Notes under the pieces: generated by a model
Seen by the model: only the letters and a program-made list of their open reading frames with translations
The model's database searches: none
Told to the model about the DNA's origin: nothing
From: a virus
IMG/VR virus record: IMGVR_UViG_3300044998_000961
Reading direction: 5' to 3' (one strand)
DNA length: 37,601 nucleotides
Program-made: the position numbers and the translations under genes
Shown here: in pieces, positions 8,733 through 17,419 of the stretch
Numbering within the stretch: the stretch's first letter is position 1
Layout of the letters: every line of letters starts with the position of its first letter

Positions 8733-11700
8733 TCGTGAGTCTTGCCGACCGCATTGCTGCCAAAAGCCGAAAGCCGAGCGCGACTCTCTTCATCGGGGGC
8801 CGTCGCTGGTTTGGGGTGCTGGCCATCTCCAAGCGTGAGGAGTTCGGGCAGTCGGTAGAGACGGTCACGGTCACGGGCCGCAACCCGCCGATCGTCCCTA
8901 CGGCGGGGCAAGCACTCACATTCAAATGGGGCTATGATGGCTATGAGGCGCAGGCCTTCAACGGCGAAGTATCGCGCATTCTGCGCCGAAGCTATCCCAA
9001 TATTTATACCATCGAGGGCCGGGGCATCCTGCACCGAGCGCAGCGAGTCCAGCAGGATATTAGCGGCGGCGTTGCACCATACAACAATATTCCGGCCAGC
9101 GATGCCATTCGATACATTCTCGAAACGTACGCCGGGATCACCAGGCATGCGATCCCCGCGCTGCCCGCGTCCGGTTCGGCATGGGTCGGATCTGAATGGA
9201 TGCTCGGGACTCTGACGCCGGTCAGATGGGAGCGTACGACGGCGCTCGCCGCAATTCAAGAGATCGGATCGGTGCTGGGCTATTGGATCTATGCGGATGT
9301 TGCTGGCATCGTGCGAGCGCTCAATATTGAGCGGCGGCCGGTTGACGTTGCCTTCCGCACATTTCAGCGGGGCGTCGATCTGCTGATGAGCGGGCCGCCG
9401 GAGCGCGAGATCAACCCCGACACGATTCGGAATCGGGTCGAGGTCAACGGGGCGAATACGGGCATTGCAGGGGCACAGATCCGCGATGCCCGCCAAACAA
9501 GCCACCCGTTGCTCCCTTCGGGTGTGTACCAGACTCTGACGTTTTCATCTTCGCTGATCGAGTATGTCAATGAGTCCGAGGCCGGAGCCGCCTCGGCTGA
9601 GCGAGTCGCCGCTCGCATCCTCAATGTATGGAGTCGCGATCCAAACGTGCTTCGGGCCACCATCAAGGCCGATCCCCGAATCGGCGTGGGCACAACGATC
9701 GGTATCGTCGACTCGGCCGTCGGCTACAGTTCGGCCCGTCATTTTTTCGTCTATGCCAGCGAAACAACCCTCGATCTGCAATCGGGCAAATTTGATCAGA
9801 TTCTCACGCTCGACGGGGGCACCGGATCGCAAGGCTATAGCACCATCCCCAACCCGATCGCGGCGTTTACCTGGCGGATTGTGACCGAAACGCTCAACGG
9901 CAACTCGGTCGTCGAGGTCTTCCTCGACGGCAGCGGGTCGACCAGCCCGGCGGGCGGAGCGATCATCTCTTGGGCATGGTCGACCGCTACCACCACCTAC
10001 GGCGGCACCCCAAATACGGCTAGCGGCCAAACGGCACTCTTTCTCTATGCGGCCAGCAGCGGCCCGGCTGAAATCACGTTGACCGTGACCGATACCACTT
10101 CCAAGCAGGGCAGCATGGTGCAATCGGTCGAGTTCGTCGGGGATGCGTTGATCGTCCCCGAGTCGCGGGTGATCTCGATCGCCTTCGGGGCGGCCTGGCA
10201 GATCACGCCAAATGGCGGTGCAACGTGGATCAGTGAGATCGGCAGCGGCGATGCCGTTGCGGTACCGCCCTTTGGGCCGGGGGTCGATCCGGAATCGACG
10301 CCAACCAATTACGGATTATTGGCCACGCGGGCCAGCGGGGCAACCGGGATCCGCGAGTCGCGGGATCTGCTCTCAACAGCCAGCCAAGCACGCGCCGCCA
10401 TTGGCAGCGCCATTACCATGATCTGGCAGAATGAGCGCAACGCGGCCCGGGTTTGGATTGCCGTCGGTTCGACCGTGCGCCGATCGCTTGATGGGGGAGC
10501 AACCTTTACGCTTTGGGGCACGTTGCCCGATCCAGTGGCATGGATCATTGAGGATCCCAGCGTCAACAACTCCGTATTCGTGCTATCGGGCAATACGCTG
10601 TATCATTCGACCAGTTCGACCGCCCCGGGAACCGACTGGGCCGCATTGTTCGTTGGACAACCTGGCAAGACCGGGCGCCATATGGTGCGATCCCGTGATG
10701 GAGCCATCACATGGATCTGCTACAGCGACTCAAACATCGTTGAACGCGTCGAGGGGGGCAGCTTTACGATCGCCGGCGCTGGGGGCGTTCGGGCGCTGGC
10801 CCTGGCCCCTTCGGGCAATCGGATCTATGCGTTCGACGATCAGCGGCGCATCATCTGGGCCGATGCCGATACCGGGGCGAACCAATCGACCAGTGCGCAA
10901 ATCTTCCCTGCAGGATCGACCGTGCAACACGCCTTGCACGATCCCGACTATCCCATCATCTATGTTGCTGATTTCGATAGTGTGGCCAGCGGCACCGGGG
11001 CCGCTCGAAAATATTTCCCGGATGCCGATCAATTGCTGCTTTTTCGGGCCGGGGCAACCGGACAGCAGGCCCATATGATCGGCCTGGGCCAGCGGGGCCG
11101 GGGCGGCGCGAATATCATCCAGATCCCCAGCGGCGAGTCGGGGGCCGCTGATAAGCTGTTCGTCTACTCCAAACAAAACGGCACATGGGCCGCTATCGCG
11201 CCGCCCCGGCCCGGTTGGTATTGGACGAGCATCCGGGTCGATCCATTTAATACGGATCGCTGGCTGCTGATGGGCAATAGTAGCGGCTCATTTGGATACC
11301 GAGTCGTGTCGGGGAATGTGCGCGATCTGGGGAGTGGTAGCTACTCGCCGCTGTGGATGACTGAGGATGCGGGGACATCCTGGGCTGAGGTCGAGCTATC
11401 GCATCCATGGGCGACCAACGATAACACCGGCAATGCATGCCTCCTCTACCCGTTCACGCTCGGCTGGCAGCAGAGCCAGGCCGGATGGTATTTGTACGGA
11501 TCAAGCAATAGCAGCGCCTCGGCGGGCCGAACACATTGGATCTGGCGATCCAACTCCACGGCGGCCAGCGCCCCGGCCTACGAGTCCGGCGGCGAGGGAT
11601 CGGCGTGCTGTGGCCGCGAAAACGATGTGATCGTCACGCGCATCGACGGATCATTCGTGCGCTATTGGCCGGGGGCCGGGGGGGCATCCGTCGCGATCGG

Positions 11701-12127
11701 ATCGGTGGCCGCCTCCCCATCCAACTTGGCGATCGATGTCGAGCCGGGCGGATCGCGCCTGGCCACCGGCTATGCGTTCGGGACTCTGTTTGTCAGCGAC
11801 AATTATCGATCGGGCAGCATCAGCCAACGCGGGGATCTGAACGTTGGCGGTTGTTTCCAATGGGCCACACACGGACTCTATTCAGCCCGGCCGAATGATC
11901 CCGTACGGGTCGATCCAGCCACGGGCGCTACGACGGGACTCGGCTATAGCAACCGGGGATCAACGTCGATCGCGGTCGATCGGCAATCGCGGTCGGTCGT
12001 GGCATGGCGACTCAACGATGGAGTGTATTTGATCTATGATGGGGAAACATATCAAGAGATTGGGCCGCCGCCGGACATGGGCACAATCAACGATGCCATG
12101 ATCGAAACGTTCACGGACATCCTATGA
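8729..12127 (+). CDS. Tail tip / host-recognition protein with a C-terminal Asp-box (BNR) beta-propeller-like region
   Basis: GTGA start-stop overlap at 8729. About 1130 aa, the largest tail gene after the tape measure. There are four S/T-x-D/N-x-G-x-T/S-W/F boxes: TPNGGATW, SLDGGATF, SRDGAITW and TEDAGTSW. Confidence 0.6.
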   Translation: MIVSLADRIAAKSRKPSATLFIGGRRWFGVLAISKREEFGQSVETVTVTGRNPPIVPTAGQALTFKWGYDGYEAQAFNGEVSRILRRSYPNIYTIEGRGILHRAQRVQQDISGGVAPYNNIPASDAIRYILETYAGITRHAIPALPASGSAWVGSEWMLGTLTPVRWERTTALAAIQEIGSVLGYWIYADVAGIVRALNIERRPVDVAFRTFQRGVDLLMSGPPEREINPDTIRNRVEVNGANTGIAGAQIRDARQTSHPLLPSGVYQTLTFSSSLIEYVNESEAGAASAERVAARILNVWSRDPNVLRATIKADPRIGVGTTIGIVDSAVGYSSARHFFVYASETTLDLQSGKFDQILTLDGGTGSQGYSTIPNPIAAFTWRIVTETLNGNSVVEVFLDGSGSTSPAGGAIISWAWSTATTTYGGTPNTASGQTALFLYAASSGPAEITLTVTDTTSKQGSMVQSVEFVGDALIVPESRVISIAFGAAWQITPNGGATWISEIGSGDAVAVPPFGPGVDPESTPTNYGLLATRASGATGIRESRDLLSTASQARAAIGSAITMIWQNERNAARVWIAVGSTVRRSLDGGATFTLWGTLPDPVAWIIEDPSVNNSVFVLSGNTLYHSTSSTAPGTDWAALFVGQPGKTGRHMVRSRDGAITWICYSDSNIVERVEGGSFTIAGAGGVRALALAPSGNRIYAFDDQRRIIWADADTGANQSTSAQIFPAGSTVQHALHDPDYPIIYVADFDSVASGTGAARKYFPDADQLLLFRAGATGQQAHMIGLGQRGRGGANIIQIPSGESGAADKLFVYSKQNGTWAAIAPPRPGWYWTSIRVDPFNTDRWLLMGNSSGSFGYRVVSGNVRDLGSGSYSPLWMTEDAGTSWAEVELSHPWATNDNTGNACLLYPFTLGWQQSQAGWYLYGSSNSSASAGRTHWIWRSNSTAASAPAYESGGEGSACCGRENDVIVTRIDGSFVRYWPGAGGASVAIGSVAASPSNLAIDVEPGGSRLATGYAFGTLFVSDNYRSGSISQRGDLNVGGCFQWATHGLYSARPNDPVRVDPATGATTGLGYSNRGSTSIAVDRQSRSVVAWRLNDGVYLIYDGETYQEIGPPPDMGTINDAMIETFTDIL

Positions 12128-13152
12128 ACCAAACATCACAGAGCATCACCAAACTGATCGAGCGGGCGCTGCAGGCGTATCGCCCGGATGCCCGCCAACT
12201 GATCAATCAGATCAGCGGCGAGCAGATCGCCCCGGCCACGGCGAGCAGGGCGGGCGCACTCTCAGCCGACGACAAGGCCAAGATCGACGCCTATCCGGAT
12301 ATATCCGGGCTTACGGCCGGGCATGTGCTCACGGCGATCGATGCGGATACCGTCGCGTTTAGTGCGCTGCCCGGCGGCGGAGTGTCAAGCGTTGGTCTGG
12401 TCATGCCCTCGGAGATCTTTGAGGTGTCGGGCAGCCCGATTACCACTTCGGGCGATATCACAGTCACACTTGACAACCAGATCGCGAATCGCGTATTTGC
12501 TGGGCCTCCGACCGGAGCGGCGGCCGCGCCAACGTTTCGGGCGTTGGTCGCAGCGGATCTGCCCGCCGAGGCTGTTCGGCGAGCCAGCGCGGCTACCGCA
12601 AATCGAGTCGCCGTGTGGAGTGCTGCCAACGAAATCACGCACTACGCGACGATGACCTTTAATGGCAACGTCCTCACGCTGCCGTCGATGGGAGCAACGT
12701 CGAATCAATTGGAGGGCATCCGCTTCGGCGATGGATCGACCAACTATGGCAATATTCAAGTGTGGAATAACGACACCACAAGCATATTGTTGCTGAATGT
12801 CAATCGACGATTCAACCCAAGCACCAACGCGTGGGAATCGCTCAATAATCGCGCCGGATATACCGTGCAAATCGGAGATAATAGCGTACGGTTCTATAAT
12901 TTTGCCGCCGGATCGAATGCGTTTAACTTGCGAGTCGATATTGACGCCTCGGGCAATATCAATGCCCGAACCGGTGTCTATCAGATCGCCGGAACACAGG
13001 TGGTTGCAGCCCGCCGTACCGGATGGGCGGCGCCAACGGGCACGGCAACCCGTACCACGTTTGCGACGGGGACGGTAACCCTTGTGCAACTGGCGGAGCG
13101 GGTCAAAGCGCTGATTGACGATCTCACAGCCCATGGATTGATTGGAGCGTAG
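12124..13152 (+). CDS. Tail fibre protein
   Basis: ATGA overlap with the tail tip gene. The C-terminus GWAAPTGTATRTTFATGTVTLVQLAERVKALIDDLTAHGLIGA is a motif I recognise from phage tail-fibre C-termini. Confidence 0.6.
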   Translation: MNQTSQSITKLIERALQAYRPDARQLINQISGEQIAPATASRAGALSADDKAKIDAYPDISGLTAGHVLTAIDADTVAFSALPGGGVSSVGLVMPSEIFEVSGSPITTSGDITVTLDNQIANRVFAGPPTGAAAAPTFRALVAADLPAEAVRRASAATANRVAVWSAANEITHYATMTFNGNVLTLPSMGATSNQLEGIRFGDGSTNYGNIQVWNNDTTSILLLNVNRRFNPSTNAWESLNNRAGYTVQIGDNSVRFYNFAAGSNAFNLRVDIDASGNINARTGVYQIAGTQVVAARRTGWAAPTGTATRTTFATGTVTLVQLAERVKALIDDLTAHGLIGA

Positions 13153-13195
13153 CCCGTAAACGATGCGGGCTTCCGCGCCGAAAGGAAGGCTTTCG

Positions 13196-13459
13196 ATGAA
13201 TCATCTCCCAGAGATTCTCGCACGACTCCAGCAGCGCCGGGACGCGCTGGTCGCTACCCATAGCAATGCCGCAAAGGCGCTGCAAGCGACCGATGAATAT
13301 CGGCAATTCCTCGCTGTTGAGGCGGCTCTCGGCGAGCTCGATTATGCCATCGCCCATATTCGCGAAATTATCGCTCCGGTCGATCCGGCTGAAGAGGGCC
13401 GCCATGATGCGCCCATCGCTACCACTGATTCTGATCCCGCTGCTCCTCCTCGCGCTTGA
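13196..13459 (+). CDS. Hypothetical protein (last gene of the rightward structural operon)
   Basis: ATG 13196 has an aaggaagg RBS. 87 aa, helical. No family recognised. Confidence 0.4.
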   Translation: MNHLPEILARLQQRRDALVATHSNAAKALQATDEYRQFLAVEAALGELDYAIAHIREIIAPVDPAEEGRHDAPIATTDSDPAAPPRA

Positions 13460-13501
13460 TGCGTTGCCCCTTGCGGCGCGATGATTGGCGCACCAAACAA
13501 A

Positions 13502-13537
13502 GCCCCCCGGCGATCTCGATGCAGATCGCCAGGGGGC
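13502..13537 (-). terminator. GC-rich stem-loop between the convergent operons; likely terminator of the leftward operon
   Basis: gccccccggcgatct-cgatgc-agatcgccagggggc. On the minus strand it is followed by tttgtttgg. Confidence 0.6.
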
Positions 13538-13556
13538 GGACACCAACCAATTCGGC

Positions 13557-14129
13557 CTACGGCGTCGGCGAAGAATTGCGAACCATGCGATTCGGGCTAA
13601 TCTTTGTCCAACTGTTGGGATCTTCGGCCGGATGCAGCGCCTTCGGGGCGGGGCCGCCCAATCCGGCGATCTCCGCTTCGGCCTTCGCCGCGTCATCGCC
13701 GATCGCGGCATTATCCCCCTTGACCACTTGCCGGATAACCCCCACGGGCCAACCGGCATACGCGAGAAACAAGATAACGCTATAGCGCGTTCTGTTAAGT
13801 TGCGTTGTTTTGAAGATATCCTGAAGAACAGACGGGGCCGATTCTGCCGTGTCTGTCTGTTTGTCTGCTGGTCTGTCTGCCGTCTGTGCGGCCTGGGCCT
13901 GCGCAAGCTGGCTGCGCAGCTGCGCGATCTCGGCCGCTTGGCGGCGGATGACCTCCTGCAATGTTGCCGTAGGCTCGGCAGCTGGGGCGGGGGGGCGGAT
14001 GCCCCGCCCAACCCTGGTCAACCATCGGGCGATTTCTGGCCAATGATGCCATGCTTGCGATGCCGTCAGGCAAAACGCTGCCAAGCCGAGGATCCAAAAC
14101 AAATCTTGTACCGTTAGTTGCTGGGCCAT
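13557..14129 (-). CDS. Hypothetical membrane protein
   Basis: ATG 14129 has a ggagg RBS. Hydrophobic segments LFWILGLAAFCLTASQAW and YSVILFLAYAGWPVGVI flank a Q/A-rich helix. Confidence 0.5.
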   Translation of the reverse strand: MAQQLTVQDLFWILGLAAFCLTASQAWHHWPEIARWLTRVGRGIRPPAPAAEPTATLQEVIRRQAAEIAQLRSQLAQAQAAQTADRPADKQTDTAESAPSVLQDIFKTTQLNRTRYSVILFLAYAGWPVGVIRQVVKGDNAAIGDDAAKAEAEIAGLGGPAPKALHPAEDPNSWTKISPNRMVRNSSPTP

Positions 14130-14899
14130 CCTGCTACCTCCATCATTCCTCCCCTCAGCAATCGCCAACCGAAAATGATCGAAAGCTCGGGGAGATACGT
14201 GAGCGCTATGGTAGCGCATCCTCGGGCGATTTGCGCCTGCGCAAACCATTGCGCAATCGGCGATGCATCCGGCTCGACGGCACCCAAGGCGATCCATGTG
14301 CTTCCCAGATCGGTTCCATGGGTCGCAAGGAGGATCACCACGACGATACCGATCGTGCTCAGATCCGCTCCTCGGGGGAGTCGGCCCGCCACCTCAGCGC
14401 AGCTATAGAAGAGCCCCAGCGTCACAATGGCGAGCAATCGCGATGTATCGCCCATGCTGATCGGCGGCGGCTCGATACGCACCGCATCGAAGAGCATGCG
14501 CAAGCCCTCGCCCCATCCATCGAGGCTGTAAGCGGCGCCAAGAAACCAGAAGAGAATTCCGAAGAACAGCCCCAACGCCCCAATGGCAATCCGCCCCGCA
14601 ACGGGGATCGGCTGCATCGCGAGCGCCAAGACTCGCACAATGCGCGTTTGCACGGGCAATCGGGGCCGCTGTGGCCGACCAGGCGCTTCTGTGGCCGACC
14701 AGGCGCTGGGGGCCGCTGGTTGGGTTGGCGCTGGCCGCTGGGGCGCTGGCCGCTGGGGCGCTGGGGTCTGATCATCCTCGCGCAGCGAGCGGCGATCGGG
14801 AGGCGTACCGGTTTGGATTGATTGGGCGGCCTGCTCGATCAGTTGGTCGAGCAGGGGATCGCGGCGCTGGGGGGGCTGGATTCGGTAGAGCGTTGGCAT
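14114..14899 (-). CDS. Multi-pass membrane protein with a proline-rich N-terminal region
   Basis: 261 aa. A PAPQRPAPQRPAPTQPAAP tract is followed by several hydrophobic helices (IAIGALGLFFGILFWFLGAAY, LLAIVTLGLFY, IGIVVVILLA). Its 3' end overlaps the next start. Confidence 0.55.
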   Translation of the reverse strand: MPTLYRIQPPQRRDPLLDQLIEQAAQSIQTGTPPDRRSLREDDQTPAPQRPAPQRPAPTQPAAPSAWSATEAPGRPQRPRLPVQTRIVRVLALAMQPIPVAGRIAIGALGLFFGILFWFLGAAYSLDGWGEGLRMLFDAVRIEPPPISMGDTSRLLAIVTLGLFYSCAEVAGRLPRGADLSTIGIVVVILLATHGTDLGSTWIALGAVEPDASPIAQWFAQAQIARGCATIALTYLPELSIIFGWRLLRGGMMEVAGWPSN

Positions 14900-14914
14900 G
14901 GTGGAGTCCTTTTT

Positions 14915-15844
14915 TTATTCTTTCAGCCAATGACGGATGGTCGACTCGGGTTTGTTGAGCGCTCGCGCAATGGCTCGATTGCTCAGCCCTTCGGTCTGCA
15001 GCGCTTTCGCGATGCTGCGCACATTGAGATCGCCCGTCGGGGGAATCTCGTCGAGGGCTGCGCGGGCCGCTCGCACTTCGGCCTGCATCTGCGCAAGCTG
15101 CGCGGCATGGGCCTGCTCGACCTGCGCAAATTGGGATCGCAAATGCTCGACCTGCATCTGAGCTTGCTCAGCTCTTTGGGCCTGCTGCGCAGCGCTCGCC
15201 GCTCCCTGCGCGATTTGGGCCTCAGCCTGCGCAATCGCGGCCCGGGCTTCGGCCTGCATCTGCGCAAGCTGCGCATGGGCCTGCGCAGCCGCTTGGCGTT
15301 CGCGGTCGAGCATCGATTGGAGTTGCGCAGCCCGCTGCGCATCCCTGCGCAGCTTCTCGACATCCTCAGCCTGGCGCCCTGCCCCGAATCGGGCCGTTTC
15401 AAGCTCGCCCCGAACGATCGCGCTCAGGGCGATAAATCCAGGGATGAGGACGGCAAAGGTCGAAACCATCAGCACTGACACCCATCCGGGGATGACATCC
15501 GCCGGGGGGCGCTTCGCCCAGAGATCGCCGCCGTTGAGTACAACGGCGGCAATAAGAGTCATGCCGAACAATCGCCCGGCCCATGGCGTTGGTTGGTATT
15601 GTTGGACGCGGGCAAAATAGAGATATTCGGCCAGCGCCCAAATGATGAGATCGATCAGCAGCGTGTTCGCTGCTGCCACGATCAGCGCCCACGGCGAACG
15701 ATCACTATACAGCGCGATCGTGCCAACCATGTGCGAGAACGATACGAGGATTCCCAGCCGCCCGATCCATGTGAATCGGGCGCCGTGCTGGGCGAACAGG
15801 TCGACCGCCCCAACGGGGCGCGTCATGGTGGAGTCCTGTTGCAT
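14915..15844 (-). CDS. Membrane protein (DUF2637-like N-terminus) with a long A/Q coiled coil and a C-terminal HTH
   Basis: The N-terminal half has 3-4 hydrophobic helices. The middle has AQLAQMQAE.RAA repeats. The C-terminus IAKALQTEGLSNRAIARALNKPESTIRHWLKE is a resolvase/HTH_23-like helix-turn-helix. Confidence 0.5.
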   Translation of the reverse strand: MQQDSTMTRPVGAVDLFAQHGARFTWIGRLGILVSFSHMVGTIALYSDRSPWALIVAAANTLLIDLIIWALAEYLYFARVQQYQPTPWAGRLFGMTLIAAVVLNGGDLWAKRPPADVIPGWVSVLMVSTFAVLIPGFIALSAIVRGELETARFGAGRQAEDVEKLRRDAQRAAQLQSMLDRERQAAAQAHAQLAQMQAEARAAIAQAEAQIAQGAASAAQQAQRAEQAQMQVEHLRSQFAQVEQAHAAQLAQMQAEVRAARAALDEIPPTGDLNVRSIAKALQTEGLSNRAIARALNKPESTIRHWLKE

Positions 15845-15952
15845 GGGGGGGTGCTCCTATAAGAATAATTGCTGCTGGGGGTGCTGGCGGCCGCCAGGCA
15901 GATCGCGCCGGCGCAATTCGTGATATCCGGATCGCCTGCTGGCAAGCTTTGA

Positions 15953-16345
15953 TCAGCGTACTTCGATCCGATATTCAATATGCGGATATCGCTCGACAAA
16001 TAATCGAGCCTTGATGCGCCATGCTTCGGTTTGGGTTGCGTTGCCGCCCTTCACATCCTCAGCGATCAACCTGCCCGCTTCCCAATATTGGAAATCGGCT
16101 TCATAGCTGATCGCTGGCCATCCGGGTCGCGCTGACAACAACTCATATTTTGGATGGAACATGAGCTCTGTTATCCGCCCGGCCCGCTCCAACAGGATGA
16201 GCTCGCCGAGTCGTGTGGCCTCGGCGATCGAGTCGGCCCTCCCCCAGCCGGGAATGTCTGTAGCCCTGGCATTGTATTTGTTCTTCCGCTTCGCCTGCCG
16301 TTTCAGCAGCTGGCGGTATTCGTCAAGACTTATTTCTTCGGGCAT
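15953..16345 (-). CDS. DUF1064-like phage protein (putative nuclease fold)
   Basis: NKYNARAT....G....S..EA.R..EL.LLERAGRI.EL.FHPKYEL matches the DUF1064 pattern (KYxxKK..xDG..FDS..E..xY.eL.lLe.aG.I..L). I chose ATG 16345; the ORF opens at TTG 16378. Confidence 0.55.
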   Translation of the reverse strand: MPEEISLDEYRQLLKRQAKRKNKYNARATDIPGWGRADSIAEATRLGELILLERAGRITELMFHPKYELLSARPGWPAISYEADFQYWEAGRLIAEDVKGGNATQTEAWRIKARLFVERYPHIEYRIEVR

Positions 16346-16583
16346 TGCTCCATCCCTTCCCCTGGGGGCACGTGGCAAAATGGTTTATGCCCCATTGCTC
16401 GTTCTTGATGATTCGGATGGTGCTGGCGTCGATCGGCATTGCGGCCCCTTTGGCGGTCGATATCCACACCACCGAAGCACCGCACGATCGGCATGTGCCC
16501 CTTCGGGCTCCCACGGGGATCCGCTGCTCGCCCATTTTGGGCATGTCTGCATCCCCAGCGAACAAATCCAGTTGTTCAGTCAT
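16323..16583 (-). CDS. Small hypothetical protein with CxxC...C motif
   Basis: 86 aa. Its start overlaps the stop of the loader gene. It contains CRSCGASVVW and HFATC. No family recognised. Confidence 0.4.
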   Translation of the reverse strand: MTEQLDLFAGDADMPKMGEQRIPVGARRGTCRSCGASVVWISTAKGAAMPIDASTIRIIKNEQWGINHFATCPQGKGWSNARRNKS

Positions 16584-17419
16584 TGGCGGATCCTTCGATA
16601 GCTACTGATCGGCATCCAAACGTTGACGGCCTGGGCCAACCTATCGGCAATGCGCGGCCCGAGCAATTCATCGAGCTGATCAATATCGTGATTGCTGGTA
16701 ACCACGGTCGGGCGCTTGAGCCGCTCGTTCGTGACGCGGAACAACCGATCAGCGGCCCATGGGCTGAGCTTTTCGGCCCCAATATCGTCGAGAATGACCA
16801 GATCCGCATCAAGCACGGCGGCCATGGCCGCGTCCGGATCTGCCCCGCCTGGGCGGAGATCGTCGAGCAGGCCCGGCACGCTGCGATAGACCACTCGACG
16901 GCCGAAGCCGGCCGCGTGCAACGCGATCGCCGCTGCTAGATGCGATTTGCCCGCCCCGGGCGAGCCGTGCAAAAACACCCAGCCGATCGGATCCTGGGCG
17001 TACGTCCATGCCGTTCGGTAGGCCCTGGCGAGTTGCTGCTTCTGTGCCGCAACGGAGACTCGGCCCATCTCCCCGAGATCGAGCTCGACCAACGGGCGAT
17101 CTTGCTGGAACGTGGCAAATGTGCAATGGCTTAACCCGGCGAGCTCGTCGCGCAATGCGGCGACTCGCTGCTCGCGCTGAGCCTGGCCAGCGCGACCACA
17201 CGCGCATGCCTGCAATTTGCCGAAATCAGGATGGCCCGAAGGCACATTCCACAAAAACCACCCAGAGCCATCGCATCCACACGGCTCCGGGCCGGGACGC
17301 GCTGGGGTCAAACTAGGAAACGTTCGCGGCAAAGCGCTCCGCCTCTTCGTTGAGTTGCCGAATTCGCTCGGCGACTCGGGGATCGGCCCGAGTCCCGGCA
17401 TGCTGCTGAGATCGATCAT
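16580..17419 (-). CDS. DnaC/DnaI-like helicase loader (AAA+ ATPase) with an N-terminal Cys cluster
   Basis: Walker A is GSPGAGKSHLAAAI and Walker B is LVILDDIGAEK, followed by RLKRPTVVTSN. The N-terminal CGCDGSGW...LQACACG is a DnaI-like zinc cluster. ATG 17419 has a ggag RBS. An alternative TTG at 17311 would remove the 107-nt overlap with the upstream gene. Confidence 0.8.
   Translation of the reverse strand: MIDLSSMPGLGPIPESPSEFGNSTKRRSALPRTFPSLTPARPGPEPCGCDGSGWFLWNVPSGHPDFGKLQACACGRAGQAQREQRVAALRDELAGLSHCTFATFQQDRPLVELDLGEMGRVSVAAQKQQLARAYRTAWTYAQDPIGWVFLHGSPGAGKSHLAAAIALHAAGFGRRVVYRSVPGLLDDLRPGGADPDAAMAAVLDADLVILDDIGAEKLSPWAADRLFRVTNERLKRPTVVTSNHDIDQLDELLGPRIADRLAQAVNVWMPISSYRRIRQ

Noticed and set aside
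8717-9505. 262-aa minus-strand ORF, and other long antisense ORFs (12385-13134, 13124-14011, 14822-15478, 18140-18931, 5977-6499, 7340-7882)
   Set aside because: Each lies opposite a gene that has motif, synteny or start-stop coupling support. These are GC-rich frame artefacts.
14671-14770. Short tandem DNA repeats (a 20-bp duplication at 14671-14710, and ggccgctggggcgct repeats at 14735-14765) as regulatory elements
   Set aside because: They lie in frame within the proline-rich N-terminal region of the 14114-14899 membrane protein. They simply encode its PAPQRP-type low-complexity tract.
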